A DNA stretch of 56,110 nucleotides from Bdellovibrionales bacterium (GTDB lineage: Bacteria > Bdellovibrionota > Bdellovibrionia > Bdellovibrionales > UBA1609). Both the position numbers and the translations under genes were made by a program. The notes beneath the pieces are model-generated. The model made no database searches. It saw only the letters and a program-made list of their open reading frames with translations, and had not been told where the DNA came from. Location of the stretch: positions 1 to 56,110 of the forward strand of contig JALZUS010000055.1 in the NCBI GenBank assembly GCA_023299885.1. The letters run 5' to 3'. Within the stretch, counting starts at the first letter, position 1. Each line of letters opens with the position of its first letter. Below, one piece after another: positions 28,034-36,900 of the stretch.

Positions 28034-29272
28034 CTATTTATTGCACACAGCTAAGGCAGATGCATTCAATAAATCAACTTTTGAAACTGGTTTTTGTATA
28101 AAGGCCCTAAAACCCTTACTGAGCGCTTCTTGCTGGTCGTTTTTTGAAACATTTGCACTCAAACAAAGCGCCGGTATTGGTTTTTGACCATTTTCAGTCT
28201 CCCAGCCTCGTATCCTCTCAATAAGCTCTAAGCCGCTTAACCTAGGCATCCTTAGGTCAATTAATACTAAGTCTAATGTTTTGTGATGCTCTAAAAACTT
28301 ATCCCAGCCCTCTAGGCCGTCTTCAGCAAAGCTAACGTCAGCCCCCGATTTAGAAAAAAACTTTTCAAAAACAAAACGATTATCTGGATCGTCTTCTACG
28401 ACCAATAAACTTTTACCCGACAAAACAGAAAGGTCAGCTTTATCTAGTAATACTTTTTCATGCACACTATCTTTATTCACTTTAAGTTGTGGCAACTCAA
28501 TATCAAGCTGAGTCCCTTTGCCAATAGCACTATTAATTTTTATGCGGCCATCTAATTGCTTAACTAGCATGTTTACTAAAGATAGCCCCAGGCCCACTCC
28601 TGTCCTTGAAATAGTCTCAGGGCTTTGCACTTGATAAAAAGGTTCAAAAACACGACTTAAATCGTCAGGGCTCATGCCAGCCCCCAAGTCCCTAACAACA
28701 ACATTCAGCGACCCATCATCTATGCTTACGGCAACGCTACAATCTTGCACTCCAGAGTACTTAAAAGAGTTAGATACTAAGTTAGATACAATCTGTCTTA
28801 AAAACTTTTTATCAGTAATAAAATTAACATCTGCTGTTTCATCACAATAAAGTTTTAGTTTATTTTTACCCTTAGTAGCTACGATAGATAATTCATCTAC
28901 AAGCTCATTGAAAAACCCTTTTAAATTAAATGAAGTAGGCGTTGCTACTAACTGATTATTTTCTATTAAGCTTATATTTAAAATGTCTTCGATGAGACTG
29001 TTAAGGTGAGCTGAAGCTGACTGAATTTTACTCAAGTACACATCTAATTGTTTTTTTATGATATCGCCTTCAAGGTCTGACATTAAATCTGCACACCCCA
29101 AAATAATATTAAGTGGGGTCCTTATTTCATGAGAAACAGAAGCTAAAAACCTATCTTTAGTTTTTGATAGCTCATTATGATAGCTTGAGTTTTCTTTAAA
29201 TGAGTCTCTTTCTTTTTTTAGCTGAGCAATTTGCTGCTTGAGCTGCTTAATATTTTCTTGAGTTTCTATCAC
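28034..29272 (-). CDS. Hybrid histidine kinase (coiled coil - HisKA - HATPase_c - receiver) with no TM or sensor domain
   Basis: H-box SHEIRTPLNIILG, N-box IVSNLVSNSFKY, G-boxes VRDLGAGM and GVGLGLSLV. The receiver shows LLVVEDDPDN...LVLIDLRMPRLSG. Confidence 0.9.
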   Translation of the reverse strand: MIETQENIKQLKQQIAQLKKERDSFKENSSYHNELSKTKDRFLASVSHEIRTPLNIILGCADLMSDLEGDIIKKQLDVYLSKIQSASAHLNSLIEDILNISLIENNQLVATPTSFNLKGFFNELVDELSIVATKGKNKLKLYCDETADVNFITDKKFLRQIVSNLVSNSFKYSGVQDCSVAVSIDDGSLNVVVRDLGAGMSPDDLSRVFEPFYQVQSPETISRTGVGLGLSLVNMLVKQLDGRIKINSAIGKGTQLDIELPQLKVNKDSVHEKVLLDKADLSVLSGKSLLVVEDDPDNRFVFEKFFSKSGADVSFAEDGLEGWDKFLEHHKTLDLVLIDLRMPRLSGLELIERIRGWETENGQKPIPALCLSANVSKNDQQEALSKGFRAFIQKPVSKVDLLNASALAVCNK

Positions 29273-29565
29273 GGAACCACTTCTTTGGTATAATTATTGA
29301 TGGCATATTCTAGGTGATTAATTGTTTTAGTTAATTCCTCGTGGTTTTCTTCATCAGAATATTTTTCAAGCAAACCACCTATAATAGTAATTTCATTAAA
29401 ACCATAAACAGAGCCCGTGCCTTTCATTTTATGGCCAATATCGTAGATTTCTCTCACATTCTTATTGCGGAGTGCCGTCTTTAAAGAAGCTAAATCTCTA
29501 TGCCTCCTACCGATAAAGAGTGGGAAGCCTTCTATTAGGTCTTCTGGCACTTTGACTATAAACAT
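29269..29565 (-). CDS. Hpt (histidine phosphotransfer) domain protein
   Basis: HKMKGTGSVYGF phospho-His motif. ATG 29565 is preceded by GGAG at 8-nt spacing (GTG 29592 is the alternative). The stop overlaps the kinase start. Confidence 0.75.
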   Translation of the reverse strand: MFIVKVPEDLIEGFPLFIGRRHRDLASLKTALRNKNVREIYDIGHKMKGTGSVYGFNEITIIGGLLEKYSDEENHEELTKTINHLEYAINNYTKEVVP

Positions 29566-29620
29566 ATAAGAAACTCCATATTTGCATCTCACTTAAAGCT
29601 GAGGTTATACTTTTAACACA

Positions 29621-30322
29621 ATGATACAAAGTGATATACAACAACCTCTTATTTTAGTCTTAGAAGACCAGCCAGACGCTTCGTTTGCAATAACTAAGGC
29701 ATTAAAACCTGAATTTAACTGTATAGAGGCTGGTGATATCAAAACAGCCATGACACTACTTGGTATGCATAGTTTTGACGCCTTCCTTTTAGACCTTAAC
29801 CTGCCCGATGGCTCGTCGTATAGCTTTGTAGAACATCTTAAAAACTTAAAAGATTATAACGATAAACCCATTTTAATACTAACTGCGAGCGATGATATAT
29901 CTGAACTTGTTTTGGGTTTTGACTTAGGCGTTGATGATTTTATTACTAAACCCTTTAATAGCTTTGAGCTTAAGTCTCGAATGAAAGCTAGAGTTAAAAA
30001 ATATAATAATAAAAAAAGCAATGACTCTATTAAAGTGCACCAAAGCGTAGTTATTAATAATAGCAGCTTTGAAGCTTTAGTTTCTAACCCAGAAACTAAA
30101 GAGCAAAAGAAAGAAAAGCTAACACGTATTGAGCTTAAAATAATAAACTTATTATACAAAAGCTCGCCAACACCCTTAACAAGAGATTTTATAGGTACAA
30201 ATATTAGTGACACTGAACATTTTGATGAGCGTAAAGTAGATCAACATATTAAAAACCTTAGAAAAAAACTGCATCCACACTCAGTTATTCATAGCTCTTA
30301 TGGCGTAGGCTACTATATTTAA
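29621..30322 (+). CDS. OmpR-family response regulator (receiver + winged-helix DNA-binding domain)
   Basis: LVLEDQPD, FLLDLNLPDGS, ILTASDD and KP define the receiver. The C-terminus has LTRIELKIINLL...VDQHIKNLRKKL...GVGYYI. Confidence 0.85.
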   Translation: MIQSDIQQPLILVLEDQPDASFAITKALKPEFNCIEAGDIKTAMTLLGMHSFDAFLLDLNLPDGSSYSFVEHLKNLKDYNDKPILILTASDDISELVLGFDLGVDDFITKPFNSFELKSRMKARVKKYNNKKSNDSIKVHQSVVINNSSFEALVSNPETKEQKKEKLTRIELKIINLLYKSSPTPLTRDFIGTNISDTEHFDERKVDQHIKNLRKKLHPHSVIHSSYGVGYYI

Positions 30323-30324
30323 TA

Positions 30325-30798
30325 TTATAAACTAAGCTCTCTCACTTTGTATTTAATCTGATTCATAGTTAAAGGCTTTTGCCAGTGAGCAATATGATCA
30401 AAACACTTTAATGATTTCAAATTAATTTCAGACTCTTTTAAGCTTGAATATGTAATAAGCCTTGCAGGCTTTACATCTTCATTAAAAATAAGCCCATCCA
30501 GTTTTTTTAAAACCTCATCGGCATTCATATCACCTAAGTGCCAGTCGATAACAATAAGGTCAGGCATAATTATCGGTATCACCTCTAAGGCTTCGGCGCC
30601 TGACATGCAGTATGAAATATTGCTGTTTGTTTTTTTCAAAGCCTTACTGACCGGGCAAACAGCATCTATGTCATCTTCTACAATTATAATTTTAGACTTT
30701 TTATTTATAGCCTCTGGCTTATCATCGATAAATTGAGGCATACTATTTGCCTTCCACTTAATTTTTGAAGAGGCTTTTTCTGAAAATAAAGACTGCAT
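30325..30798 (-). CDS. Stand-alone receiver-domain response regulator
   Basis: IIIVEDDIDA, LIVIDWHLGDMNADE and ITYSS...KP. No output domain. Confidence 0.75.
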   Translation of the reverse strand: MQSLFSEKASSKIKWKANSMPQFIDDKPEAINKKSKIIIVEDDIDAVCPVSKALKKTNSNISYCMSGAEALEVIPIIMPDLIVIDWHLGDMNADEVLKKLDGLIFNEDVKPARLITYSSLKESEINLKSLKCFDHIAHWQKPLTMNQIKYKVRELSL

Positions 30799-30965
30799 AT
30801 TAATCCTTTTGTTAAGAAACTATTATGACTTAACAAAATGTAATAAGTGGGTAAGCACTGTGAGCAGAAACACATGATTATGCTCACGCACAAAAAAGCC
30901 ATGTGATTTTAACAGTTTATGCCACTACCCATAAAAAAGAACTAGACCACTATTTAAATAAACAT

Positions 30966-30995
30966 AAAAAAAGCCAGGCCGCAGCCTAGCTTTTT
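30966..30995 (-). terminator. Rho-independent terminator downstream of the 31016-31870 lipoprotein gene (hairpin flanked by an A-run and a T-run)
   Basis: Stem AGCCAGGC (30972-30979), loop CGCA and stem GCCTAGCT (30984-30991) with one mismatch. The flanking A-run becomes a U-tail on the minus strand. Confidence 0.55.
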
Positions 30996-31015
30996 CATTG
31001 ATGAATACTTCAGAA

Positions 31016-31870
31016 CTACTGATGTCTTTTTAAAGCACCATTATCTAAATTTGCATCTGTCTCTTCAGGAGCTATAAAATTAATTTCGATTGTCATTGAA
31101 TCTCTCTCTGAATCAAAAATATTATTTTCAGCATTTACAGTTGAATTAACAATTTTGTACTCAGAGTCTAACTTCAAACGCTGGCTTTCAGCTCTTAAAG
31201 CTTTAATTTCTTCTGGGCGGTTTTGTATAGCTGCGATCTCTGCTTTAATTTCAGAAATAGAGTTCAAAGCTTTTACAGACGGTACATCACTACTGTCATC
31301 AGAAAGTAACATCTTCTGAAGAGTTAACTTATTTCTTAGGTCTTCAAGGTCTGCTTCTGCATTCTCAGTATGGTCTTTTTCTTTTACGTCAGCTTCAATA
31401 ATTAATTCTTCAGCATGCTCAGCCATCATAAGGCCAGATTGAATTTCAGTATCTACAGCTTTAACCAAAGCATCTTCTCTATTGGCCGCATCCATAATTT
31501 CTTGAAGCTCTTTTCCTTTATGTGGAGACATAAGGCCTCTATCATCAGTAGCCCAAGCTCCCACAACATCATTTTTAATTTCAGCCAAAGAGGCTACATT
31601 AATTTTATTAACTTCCACAGCTTCTTCTACTGTCAGCCCATTGGTTGATGGACAAGTCACTTTTTTAAAGCGTTCTGGATCAAGATCATTAGGACCAACA
31701 ATACAACCAGAGAAATCAGCTTCATTTTGGCCAGCAGTAAAAACTACGCTTGAAGCCACTAAATCACCGTTTTGCTCAGTAAATATTTTATTACCCATTA
31801 CACTTCTGTTTTCATCAGAACAAGCCACTACAAATAATGTACTTACTGCTAATAAAGCTATTTTTTTCAT
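31016..31870 (-). CDS. Hypothetical acidic lipoprotein (284 aa)
   Basis: Lipobox in MKKIALLAVSTLFVVACS. The C-terminal half is Glu/Asp-rich and coiled-coil-like. Confidence 0.6.
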   Translation of the reverse strand: MKKIALLAVSTLFVVACSDENRSVMGNKIFTEQNGDLVASSVVFTAGQNEADFSGCIVGPNDLDPERFKKVTCPSTNGLTVEEAVEVNKINVASLAEIKNDVVGAWATDDRGLMSPHKGKELQEIMDAANREDALVKAVDTEIQSGLMMAEHAEELIIEADVKEKDHTENAEADLEDLRNKLTLQKMLLSDDSSDVPSVKALNSISEIKAEIAAIQNRPEEIKALRAESQRLKLDSEYKIVNSTVNAENNIFDSERDSMTIEINFIAPEETDANLDNGALKRHQ

Positions 31871-32117
31871 ATTTATTCCTTACTGTTATAAGCATACAAA
31901 ACCTACATAGGGCCCTTGCATGCATATTTTTTTGTTTCAGTGATATATAAAGCAATCGCCATGCCACAGCCTCAGATTAAAATAAGTGGCAACTGAATCA
32001 AAAGTATAGAAATAAATTCAAAGGATTGGTGCCATAGTCAAAAATAACGACAGTAGAGCTTTACAGGTGTTAGCAATTTACGGCCCTAACTGTGGCCCCA
32101 CAACTCCCCGTAATCAT

Positions 32118-32193
32118 TGGCGCAACTGGGAGGACTCGAACCCCCAACCCCTTGATCCGAAGTCAAGTGCTCTATCCATTGAGCTACAGTTGC
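32118..32193 (-). tRNA. tRNA-Arg (anticodon UCG), CCA encoded
   Basis: The minus-strand sequence GCAACTGTAGCTCAATGGATAGAGCACTTGACTTCGGATCAAGGGGTTGGGGGTTCGAGTCCTCCCAGTTGCGCCA folds as a 76-nt cloverleaf. It has a 7-bp acceptor, GCTC/GAGC D-stem, CTTGA/TCAAG anticodon stem, loop CTTCGGA and a GGGGG/CCTCC T-stem with a TTCGAGT loop. Confidence 0.95.
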
Positions 32194-32247
32194 TTAACCT
32201 TACTTTTTTAAAAAATAAGGTTTTAGAATTTGTATTCGTTGAGGAGA

Positions 32248-32658
32248 CTACTTTTTCTTTTTCTCATGCTTTGCTGTCACTATAGTTTTAATATTACCAC
32301 GCACAGTAAAGTCACCCTCTACTTTTATGTAGCGTGGGTCCAATAACTCTATAAGATCGTCTATTATGTTATTAGTTACATCTTCATGAAATACTTTTTT
32401 ATTTCTAAAAGTATTTATGTATAGCTTTAAAGACTTAAGCTCGACACACCACTTGTCTGGCACATACTTAATATTAATAGTTGCAAAGTCTGGGAACCCG
32501 CTGCGCGGACAAAGACATGTAAATTCAGGGCAACTGAATTTAATCTCATAATCCCTAACCTGGGTTCTGTTTTCAAATCGTTCTAATTTTGCTTCTTCGA
32601 TGGCTATTTCGCCGTATAATTTATCGCTCATGCCATTTTTATACTGCAAGAGAGACAT
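32248..32658 (-). CDS. queF: NADPH-dependent 7-cyano-7-deazaguanine reductase (unimodular type)
   Basis: Catalytic-Cys context [14 protein letters not shown] and the QueF motif ELKSLKLY. The length is 136 aa. Confidence 0.9.
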   Translation of the reverse strand: MSLLQYKNGMSDKLYGEIAIEEAKLERFENRTQVRDYEIKFSCPEFTCLCPRSGFPDFATINIKYVPDKWCVELKSLKLYINTFRNKKVFHEDVTNNIIDDLIELLDPRYIKVEGDFTVRGNIKTIVTAKHEKKKK

Positions 32659-32673
32659 TTTTCAATCTTAAAC

Positions 32674-32704
32674 TAAAAAACCGCAGCACAGTGGCTACGG
32701 TTTT
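32674..32704 (-). terminator. Rho-independent terminator after the 32731-34212 gene
   Basis: The minus strand reads AAAACCGTAGCCACTGTGCTGCGGTTTTTT. This is a 9-bp stem with one mismatch followed by a U-run, about 30 nt upstream of the queF ATG. Confidence 0.6.
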
Positions 32705-32730
32705 CATTCTTTAGGCCAATTAACCTTGAA

Positions 32731-34212
32731 CTATTGAGGGATAGGAACTGGCTCAGGCATTGGCTCTGGCGAAGGAGCTGGTGCTGGAGGATTAGGCCTA
32801 GATGCATCTAAAAGCCTTTTAACAACAGTCAGAACAGTCTGAGGGCGAGTCGTTGTGTTGCTGGCAGAGAATGCATTTCTGGCCGCTTGCTGCCAATCAC
32901 GTGGGATAGGCTTAGTGAAGTCATTCCACTCTGTTGTAATCTGCTGGTCATAAGCTGTATATGGAAGCTTTCCATCAACTAGTTTCCATACAAAGTCTGG
33001 GCGAGTTTGCGAGTACCACTCTCCGCCTACAATACGGCCATTTTTAATTTCTAGGTCATAGTAGTAAGTCACTTCTGTTACTTTATCTGAACCTGGGCCC
33101 ATATAAGTAGCTCGGCTTGGCTGAATACCCGCTGCATACTTAGCCTTCATTTCTATACCAACAACATAGTCATAGTCGCCACGGTAAGCCTGGTAAGGGT
33201 CATTGTAGTAATCTGTACGAGTTACACCAGCTTCTGCAATAGAGTCTGAGTAGTAACGTGTTTGTGGGTTGAAGTATTTATATGAGTAATCAAATACAGC
33301 ATAGTTCCATACTTCGTAATCATAGTTAGAATCGATCACTAAGTTTTGCTTATCTAAACCAATAACATTAGTAAGTGCTAAATGAAGACTTGCTGGGTTT
33401 GTATCAAAGCAAGCAACATCAGTAATACGGCCAGAGCCGTCCACAGCAGGGTCTTTTGTATTACAACGCCTACCAATAGCTCTGTAATCAGCCCTATCAC
33501 CAGAGAAAGTATAACTCACTAATGCTCTAATATCTTGAGGGTAAAAATTGATTTTTGTACCATTAGCAGAGGTCACAGTTACCGTGTTTTCTGGAGCCGG
33601 CAAAACACTGGCCGCAGCAGAAGTCCCTTCACAAGCCCCTTGCCATTTTTCAACTGTACCAAATGTTCTGTGGTAATAGTCCCCTGTCGACCACATAGCA
33701 TTCGTAATTGCAAAAGTTTGGTCGCCCACTAATAGTTCGTACTTTTCAGAAGGTGATAATAAATCAATAGCTGCCTCATCGCCAAAGCCTAGCATCGTGT
33801 CGCTGTTAAAGCGGCTATAGTAGTTACGATAGCAAACATAAGAGTCCTGCCCCTGGCAGTCGTTTTCTGTTGGGTTTTGCTCTGCTGATGTAAAGTCATT
33901 AGAACGGTAACGGTAAGCCAGACCACCAGAATAAAAAGCCCAGTAAAAATCAGACCAAGGCTGAAGGCTTGAACTTGCAGACATTAATCCTAAGCTTTCT
34001 GACTCTTCTAAGGTTCTTAACTTAGCTTCATAACCTAAAAGGTTATATGGGTCGTTATGCACATCTATAGGTGCATTAACTCGTAAATTTGAGTCATTCC
34101 AGTTACTTGTCATATTAATCTCAGACAAATCTATAACTTCTGCCTGAGCTGTAGACAAAGCTCCAAATGATGCCAAAAACAATCCTAGTACTAATACGAA
34201 CTTCATGCTCAC
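32731..34212 (-). CDS. Secreted protein with a Pro-rich C-terminal tail; tentative GP42/Pep-13-type transglutaminase (TGase_elicitor-like) homologue
   Basis: Signal peptide MSMKFVLVLGLFLASFGALSTAQA. YEVWNYAVFDYSY resembles the oomycete Pep-13 core VWNQPVRGFKVYE. A candidate nucleophile lies in WQGACEGTSAAAS. The tail is PNPPAPAPSPEPMPEPVPIPQ. The family call is unverified. Confidence 0.6.
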   Translation of the reverse strand: MSMKFVLVLGLFLASFGALSTAQAEVIDLSEINMTSNWNDSNLRVNAPIDVHNDPYNLLGYEAKLRTLEESESLGLMSASSSLQPWSDFYWAFYSGGLAYRYRSNDFTSAEQNPTENDCQGQDSYVCYRNYYSRFNSDTMLGFGDEAAIDLLSPSEKYELLVGDQTFAITNAMWSTGDYYHRTFGTVEKWQGACEGTSAAASVLPAPENTVTVTSANGTKINFYPQDIRALVSYTFSGDRADYRAIGRRCNTKDPAVDGSGRITDVACFDTNPASLHLALTNVIGLDKQNLVIDSNYDYEVWNYAVFDYSYKYFNPQTRYYSDSIAEAGVTRTDYYNDPYQAYRGDYDYVVGIEMKAKYAAGIQPSRATYMGPGSDKVTEVTYYYDLEIKNGRIVGGEWYSQTRPDFVWKLVDGKLPYTAYDQQITTEWNDFTKPIPRDWQQAARNAFSASNTTTRPQTVLTVVKRLLDASRPNPPAPAPSPEPMPEPVPIPQ

Positions 34213-34309
34213 TCCCTTTTTTAGTAGATCTTAAACTGTGTAAAAATTACCACCCAGCTAGACCAACAGCAAGAAGGGCAAAAAGCTTTAATCTTATTTT
34301 TTGGTGATC

Positions 34310-35080
34310 TTAGTTTGCTAAGACCTGGAGTATGTTTTCTTGAGACGACGCGTTAATAGATTGGATGTAATACCATGCCTTCAAGGCCTTATGTCGGTTT
34401 ATGTTTTTTTCTACATATTTTTGATGAGCCTCTTTATCTTCATTAAGCCTCTGATGAATAAACTGAAATGTTAGCGCTGAGGCTACCGAGATATTAAAAC
34501 TTTGAGAAAAACCGTACATGGGGATAATAAAAGAGCCATCACATAAGTTTAAAAGCTCGTCACTCACCCCGTCTTTTTCATTACCAAAAACTACAGCTGT
34601 TGGCTGAGTAAAATCTATTTCCTGAATAGTTGTAGATGCCTGTAAATGAGTGGCGTAAATATTAAAGCCTCTTTTTTTAAGAGTCTGAGCACATGATGGC
34701 GCTGATTCAAAATTTTTAATATCAAGCCATTTGTCTGCGCCCTGAGTAACGCGATTAGCCGCTTTAAACTCACCGTCAGCCCTATCTATAATATTAAAAT
34801 CTATAAAACCAAAAGCCTCTGCACTCCTCATAACAGCAGAAACATTGCCGCGGTCATAAATGTTTTCTAAAACAGGGGCTATATTTAGCGACCTATTATT
34901 TATAGTGCTTTCTATTTTTACTTTACGTGGCTCAGAAATAAGGTGGTCTAATTTATCTAAGACAAGACTCACATCTAATAACTTGCCATCAAATGATATT
35001 GTGTTGCTCGCTATATTAAACTCAGGAAACACAGGCTCATTACTACTTATATCTATATTGCCTGTACTGTTGATTTTCAT
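34310..35080 (-). CDS. SpoU/TrmH-family RNA 2'-O-methyltransferase
   Basis: SPOUT motifs RGNVSAVMRSAEAFG, VVFGNEKDGVS and IPMYGFSQSFNISVASA. Confidence 0.85.
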   Translation of the reverse strand: MKINSTGNIDISSNEPVFPEFNIASNTISFDGKLLDVSLVLDKLDHLISEPRKVKIESTINNRSLNIAPVLENIYDRGNVSAVMRSAEAFGFIDFNIIDRADGEFKAANRVTQGADKWLDIKNFESAPSCAQTLKKRGFNIYATHLQASTTIQEIDFTQPTAVVFGNEKDGVSDELLNLCDGSFIIPMYGFSQSFNISVASALTFQFIHQRLNEDKEAHQKYVEKNINRHKALKAWYYIQSINASSQENILQVLAN

Positions 35081-35288
35081 TGGTAGCTTTCGTTGTTAAT
35101 TTCTATTGCTAGCTTCTGTTGCCAGCTTCTATTGGGCCAACATATTTTGAAATCGTAAAACTGTCTAATATTATTTGTAAGCATTACATAGCCACAAGCC
35201 CACATCCAACCTAGAGCCCTTAAACCCCAAAATAAGTTGGCACTCTCTTTGCCTTTATAAGGGTAAATAATAATTTAAGGAGTCTAAA

Positions 35289-35930
35289 ATGAAAAAAATA
35301 TTAATGACTATATGCCTATTAGTATTAGCCGCTTGCTCTGATGGAGTTGATGGAATTAATGCAAAGACAGATGCTAATGATATTACTGAGTCTAGCATTA
35401 GCCAAGTAGCTACATGTGAGCTCAATACAGAAGATGCAATAGTAATCTGTAACACCATTAACTCTGACATGGGAACTGATGAAGCCATTGAACTTGTTCA
35501 ATCTAACCAAACAGCTCTTGATGCCATCGTAGATCAGTATGAAAACACAGAAGACAGCAGCATCATAGAAACTATTAAAAAAGCTTTAGCAGTAAATGTA
35601 GAAGAACAAGCCTCTATTACCGACGGATTAAACTTAATAGATAAAGCTAAAAAATTACGTGAACAAGCTAAGAGCAGAGTAACAACAACTATTAGTTTTC
35701 AGAGTTTAAAAAGTAATTTAAATCTAAGAACTAGCAATATGTTTCTCCAAGCAGACAAACAAGAAGCTAAAGGCACTCAGCTTATTTTAAATGCTTCTAA
35801 AAAAGCTTACGACAAAGTAAATGGCATAGGCTGGACTACTAAAGCCCTCGAAAGCATTAAAAAGCTTAATGAGTCGCAAACAGAATACATTAGAAAAAAT
35901 CTTGGGCCAGGTTCAAAGCCAAGATTCTAG
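35289..35930 (+). CDS. Hypothetical lipoprotein (213 aa)
   Basis: Lipobox in MKKILMTICLLVLAACS. An AGGAG Shine-Dalgarno sequence lies upstream. Confidence 0.6.
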   Translation: MKKILMTICLLVLAACSDGVDGINAKTDANDITESSISQVATCELNTEDAIVICNTINSDMGTDEAIELVQSNQTALDAIVDQYENTEDSSIIETIKKALAVNVEEQASITDGLNLIDKAKKLREQAKSRVTTTISFQSLKSNLNLRTSNMFLQADKQEAKGTQLILNASKKAYDKVNGIGWTTKALESIKKLNESQTEYIRKNLGPGSKPRF

Positions 35931-35952
35931 TTGCAAGTTATCTTCTCATAAT

Positions 35953-35984
35953 AAAAAAGCTCAGAGAACTCTGAGCTTTTTTTA
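35953..35984. terminator. Bidirectional rho-independent terminator
   Basis: AAAAAGCTCAGAG-AA-CTCTGAGCTTTTTTT lies between convergent genes (35930 end, 36001 end). Confidence 0.65.
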
Positions 35985-36000
35985 TTTGCTACAGGTAAAG

Positions 36001-36900
36001 TTAGCTTAACAAGCCTGCTAACTGCTTTTTCATAAACTCTGGTAAACAAAAAGCAGCCTTATGGATATCTTTATTATAATACTGAAAGCTAAGCCCTGAA
36101 GCTTTTACTTTTGCATCATCAAAACTAAGTGGGTCGTATTTATTAGAAGCATAAGTGAAAGACCATAAACCACCCGGGTAAGTTAAGTTTGAGAAATTAT
36201 AAAGCTTTGTAGTTTTAAAACGATCAGACAGTAAACTAATAAGCACTTTTTGCATTTTACTTTCGTACCAGCCAGACTCCCCTTGAGAGACAACAATACC
36301 ATCTTCATTTAAAACTTTTTTAATATTATTGTAAAACTCAGGGCCAAACAATGGGGCCGCAGGCCCTATAGGGTCCGTTGAATCCACCAATATAACATCA
36401 AACTTTTCTTGAGTTTCTGCTACATACTTTACTGCATCCTCTATTTTAAGCTCTAACCTTGGGTTGGTTGTAAGTTCTGATGCCGTTACAGGTATATGCT
36501 CTATGCAGGCATCCACTACCGCCTTATCAATTTCAACCATTACACATTTTTCTACAGCTTTATGTCGTAAAACTTCTCTAGCTGTACCGCCATCGCCCCC
36601 ACCAATCACTAATACTTTTTTAGGATTGTCGTGGGTAAACAAAGGCACATGGGCTATCATTTCATGGTAAGCAAACTCATCGCGCTCCGACACCATCGTA
36701 AGGTTGTCATTAAATAATATATTACCATGGTTTGTAGACGCATAAACTTCTACTTTTTGAAACTCAGACTGTTTACTAAATAGTGGCTTTATGTTTTTTA
36801 GTTTAAAGCCAAAGAAAAAACCATTTTCATCTTGAGCCTCTACTATATAGTTATCGCCGTTTCTGTTAATAATTTCTGCTTTAGACTGAATTTCGCTCAT
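36001..36900 (-). CDS. speE: Spermidine synthase (aminopropyltransferase)
   Basis: VLVIGGGDGGTAREVLRH and VILVDSTDPIGPA. The start overlaps the stop of the upstream AdoMetDC gene. Confidence 0.9.
   Translation of the reverse strand: MSEIQSKAEIINRNGDNYIVEAQDENGFFFGFKLKNIKPLFSKQSEFQKVEVYASTNHGNILFNDNLTMVSERDEFAYHEMIAHVPLFTHDNPKKVLVIGGGDGGTAREVLRHKAVEKCVMVEIDKAVVDACIEHIPVTASELTTNPRLELKIEDAVKYVAETQEKFDVILVDSTDPIGPAAPLFGPEFYNNIKKVLNEDGIVVSQGESGWYESKMQKVLISLLSDRFKTTKLYNFSNLTYPGGLWSFTYASNKYDPLSFDDAKVKASGLSFQYYNKDIHKAAFCLPEFMKKQLAGLLS

Noticed and set aside
31871-32117. tRNA-Arg 3' flank as an integration site for a genomic island
   Set aside because: I found no repeated copy of the tRNA 3' end and no integrase in the downstream region. 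The accessory-looking genes there may simply be lineage-specific.
32067-32285. 72-aa plus-strand ORF
   Set aside because: It runs straight through the tRNA-Arg gene on the opposite strand and into queF. It is an artefact of ORF calling.
32659-32730. Possible preQ1 riboswitch upstream of queF
   Set aside because: The only structure there is a hairpin followed by a U-run, which fits the terminator of the upstream gene. The A-rich tail and conserved loop of preQ1-I aptamers are not present.
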